From: an uncultured Gemmatimonadota bacterium
Lineage (GTDB): Bacteria; Blakebacterota; Blakebacteria; Blakebacterales; CAYUVJ01
Assembly: GCA_964519015.1 (NCBI GenBank)
Contig: CAZFHZ010000001.1
Location: 5,476 to 69,475 of the forward strand
DNA length: 64,000 nucleotides
Reading direction: 5' to 3'
The notes under the pieces are model-generated. The model was not told where the DNA came from and searched no databases. It saw only the letters and a list, made by a program, of their open reading frames with translations. The translations under genes were made by a program, and so were the position numbers. The stretch's first letter is position 1, and each line of letters opens with the position of its first letter. Positions 63,264 to 64,000 of the stretch are shown one piece after another.

Positions 63264-64000
63264 TCAACGGTCGTCCGGGTATCCGGGCCTGGACCGGGCC
63301 CAGACCTGGAGGAAGGGGGGACTCAGGTAGAGGTTGCCCCCTACCCGGCCGATCAGGAAGGCCACGGCGGCCAGGGTGGCGCCGCTCAGTTCGAACCGGC
63401 CGATCCCTACGAGGAGCACCGCGACGATCCCCCCCAGTTCGATCAGGGTGGCCTGGGTGATGGGTCCGGTCCGCCTGGCGTGCACGAGCAGCCCCCGCTG
63501 GGTCGAGAGGAGTACCGCCAGGGCCGGCAACACGGCCAGGACCCGGGCCGGGGGGCGGGCGAAGGCGGCCAGGGCCGGGCTCAGGCCGGAGAGTCCTTCG
63601 AACCAGAAGCCGACCAGCGGGGTCATGACTACCGCGACGTAGGCGGCGGTGGCCGCCAGACCGAGCCAGAGGGCGAACCGGATCAGTTCACGGGTGTGCT
63701 CCCCCCGCCGTCCCGGTAAAGCGACCATGACCTCCTGGTAGCTCAGGCCGAGGCTGCGGAAGAGGAAGGTGAAAGCGTTGATCACCGGCAGGACGGCCAG
63801 GGAGGCCACCGGGTCGCGCGCTTTCCCCATGAAGAAGGCAACGATGGGATGGGCGGCCAGGCTGATCACCGAGGTCAGAGCCAACGGGTAGTAGAAGTTG
63901 GCTATCCGGCCGAAGCTGAGGGGGAAGTCGCCGGTAGTGAGGTCCCCCTCCCCCGCCAGCAGCCGCCGGACGCTCCCCCGCACCATGATACGGGTGAAGA
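63264..64000 (-). CDS. Polytopic membrane protein, possibly 5'-truncated by the window end.
   Basis: Multiple TM helices are present (FYYPLALTSVISLAAHPIVAFFMG ...). The ORF is open to the window boundary. Confidence 0.35.
   Translation of the reverse strand, partial: FTRIMVRGSVRRLLAGEGDLTTGDFPLSFGRIANFYYPLALTSVISLAAHPIVAFFMGKARDPVASLAVLPVINAFTFLFRSLGLSYQEVMVALPGRRGEHTRELIRFALWLGLAATAAYVAVVMTPLVGFWFEGLSGLSPALAAFARPPARVLAVLPALAVLLSTQRGLLVHARRTGPITQATLIELGGIVAVLLVGIGRFELSGATLAAVAFLIGRVGGNLYLSPPFLQVWARSRPGYPDDR

Noticed and set aside
1-64000. CRISPR arrays, transposases/integrases, rRNA.
   Set aside because: I saw no spaced direct repeats of CRISPR type, no DDE/tyrosine-recombinase motifs, and no rRNA-like conserved stretches.

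Overview
This 64 kb window is dense, high-GC (~70%) bacterial chromosomal sequence with about 54 protein-coding genes packed into short operons. I found no rRNA, tRNA, CRISPR array, transposase or integrase by eye.

Features recognised from motifs read directly in the sequence, in window order:
- A partial MNT-like nucleotidyltransferase gene at the window start.
- An MBOAT O-acyltransferase paired with an SGNH hydrolase.
- A formylglycine-generating-enzyme-domain lipoprotein next to a PD40 beta-propeller protein.
- A Tat-signal CrtI-like FAD oxidoreductase.
- An ornithine cyclodeaminase operon-linked to a single-chain Fe-S L-serine dehydratase.
- Two paralogous NHL-type beta-propeller secreted proteins/lipoproteins.
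- An MFS transporter / FGGY kinase / pirin operon.
- A two-gene group-1 periplasmic [NiFe]-hydrogenase (Tat small subunit plus large subunit) with a convergent maturation protease.
- A B12-binding radical SAM enzyme with a small membrane protein.
- A co-oriented run of seven genes (HD protein 31 nt after the dehydrogenase, remaining junctions <=22 nt or ATGA overlaps): IDH/IPMDH-family dehydrogenase, HD-domain protein, fused LeuC-LeuD hydro-lyase, separate LeuC and LeuD, fused citrate-lyase gamma-beta (CitD-CitE), and citrate-lyase alpha (CitF). This is the best candidate for an undescribed system.
- A YtrA-type GntR regulator with a perfect palindromic operator, followed by an SPFH protein.
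- An ars operon (ArsP-like permease, ArsC, thioredoxin-like protein, ArsR) preceded by four perfect 8-bp tandem repeats.
- BrnQ, a two-subunit class-I fumarate hydratase, an S46 peptidase, an NCS2 purine permease and TrkA/TrkH.
- An HD-GYP phosphodiesterase co-transcribed with a 672-aa HEAT-repeat protein.
- A CusCBA-like heavy-metal RND efflux system.
- A nonaheme c-type cytochrome lipoprotein.
- A TetR / HlyD / two ATPases / two ABC-2 permeases export operon.

A ~45-bp direct repeat carrying the start codon and first ~15 codons (MRDD[HP]PARWRQLALL) is found at the 5' ends of two different genes. The two copies bracket the hydrogenase cassette and a low-GC lipoprotein gene, which suggests an insertion or recombination event.

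Many long ORFs antisense to the real genes appear in the six-frame track; I treat them as GC-driven shadow ORFs. All functional calls rest on motifs read by eye and established family knowledge; I could run no database search.
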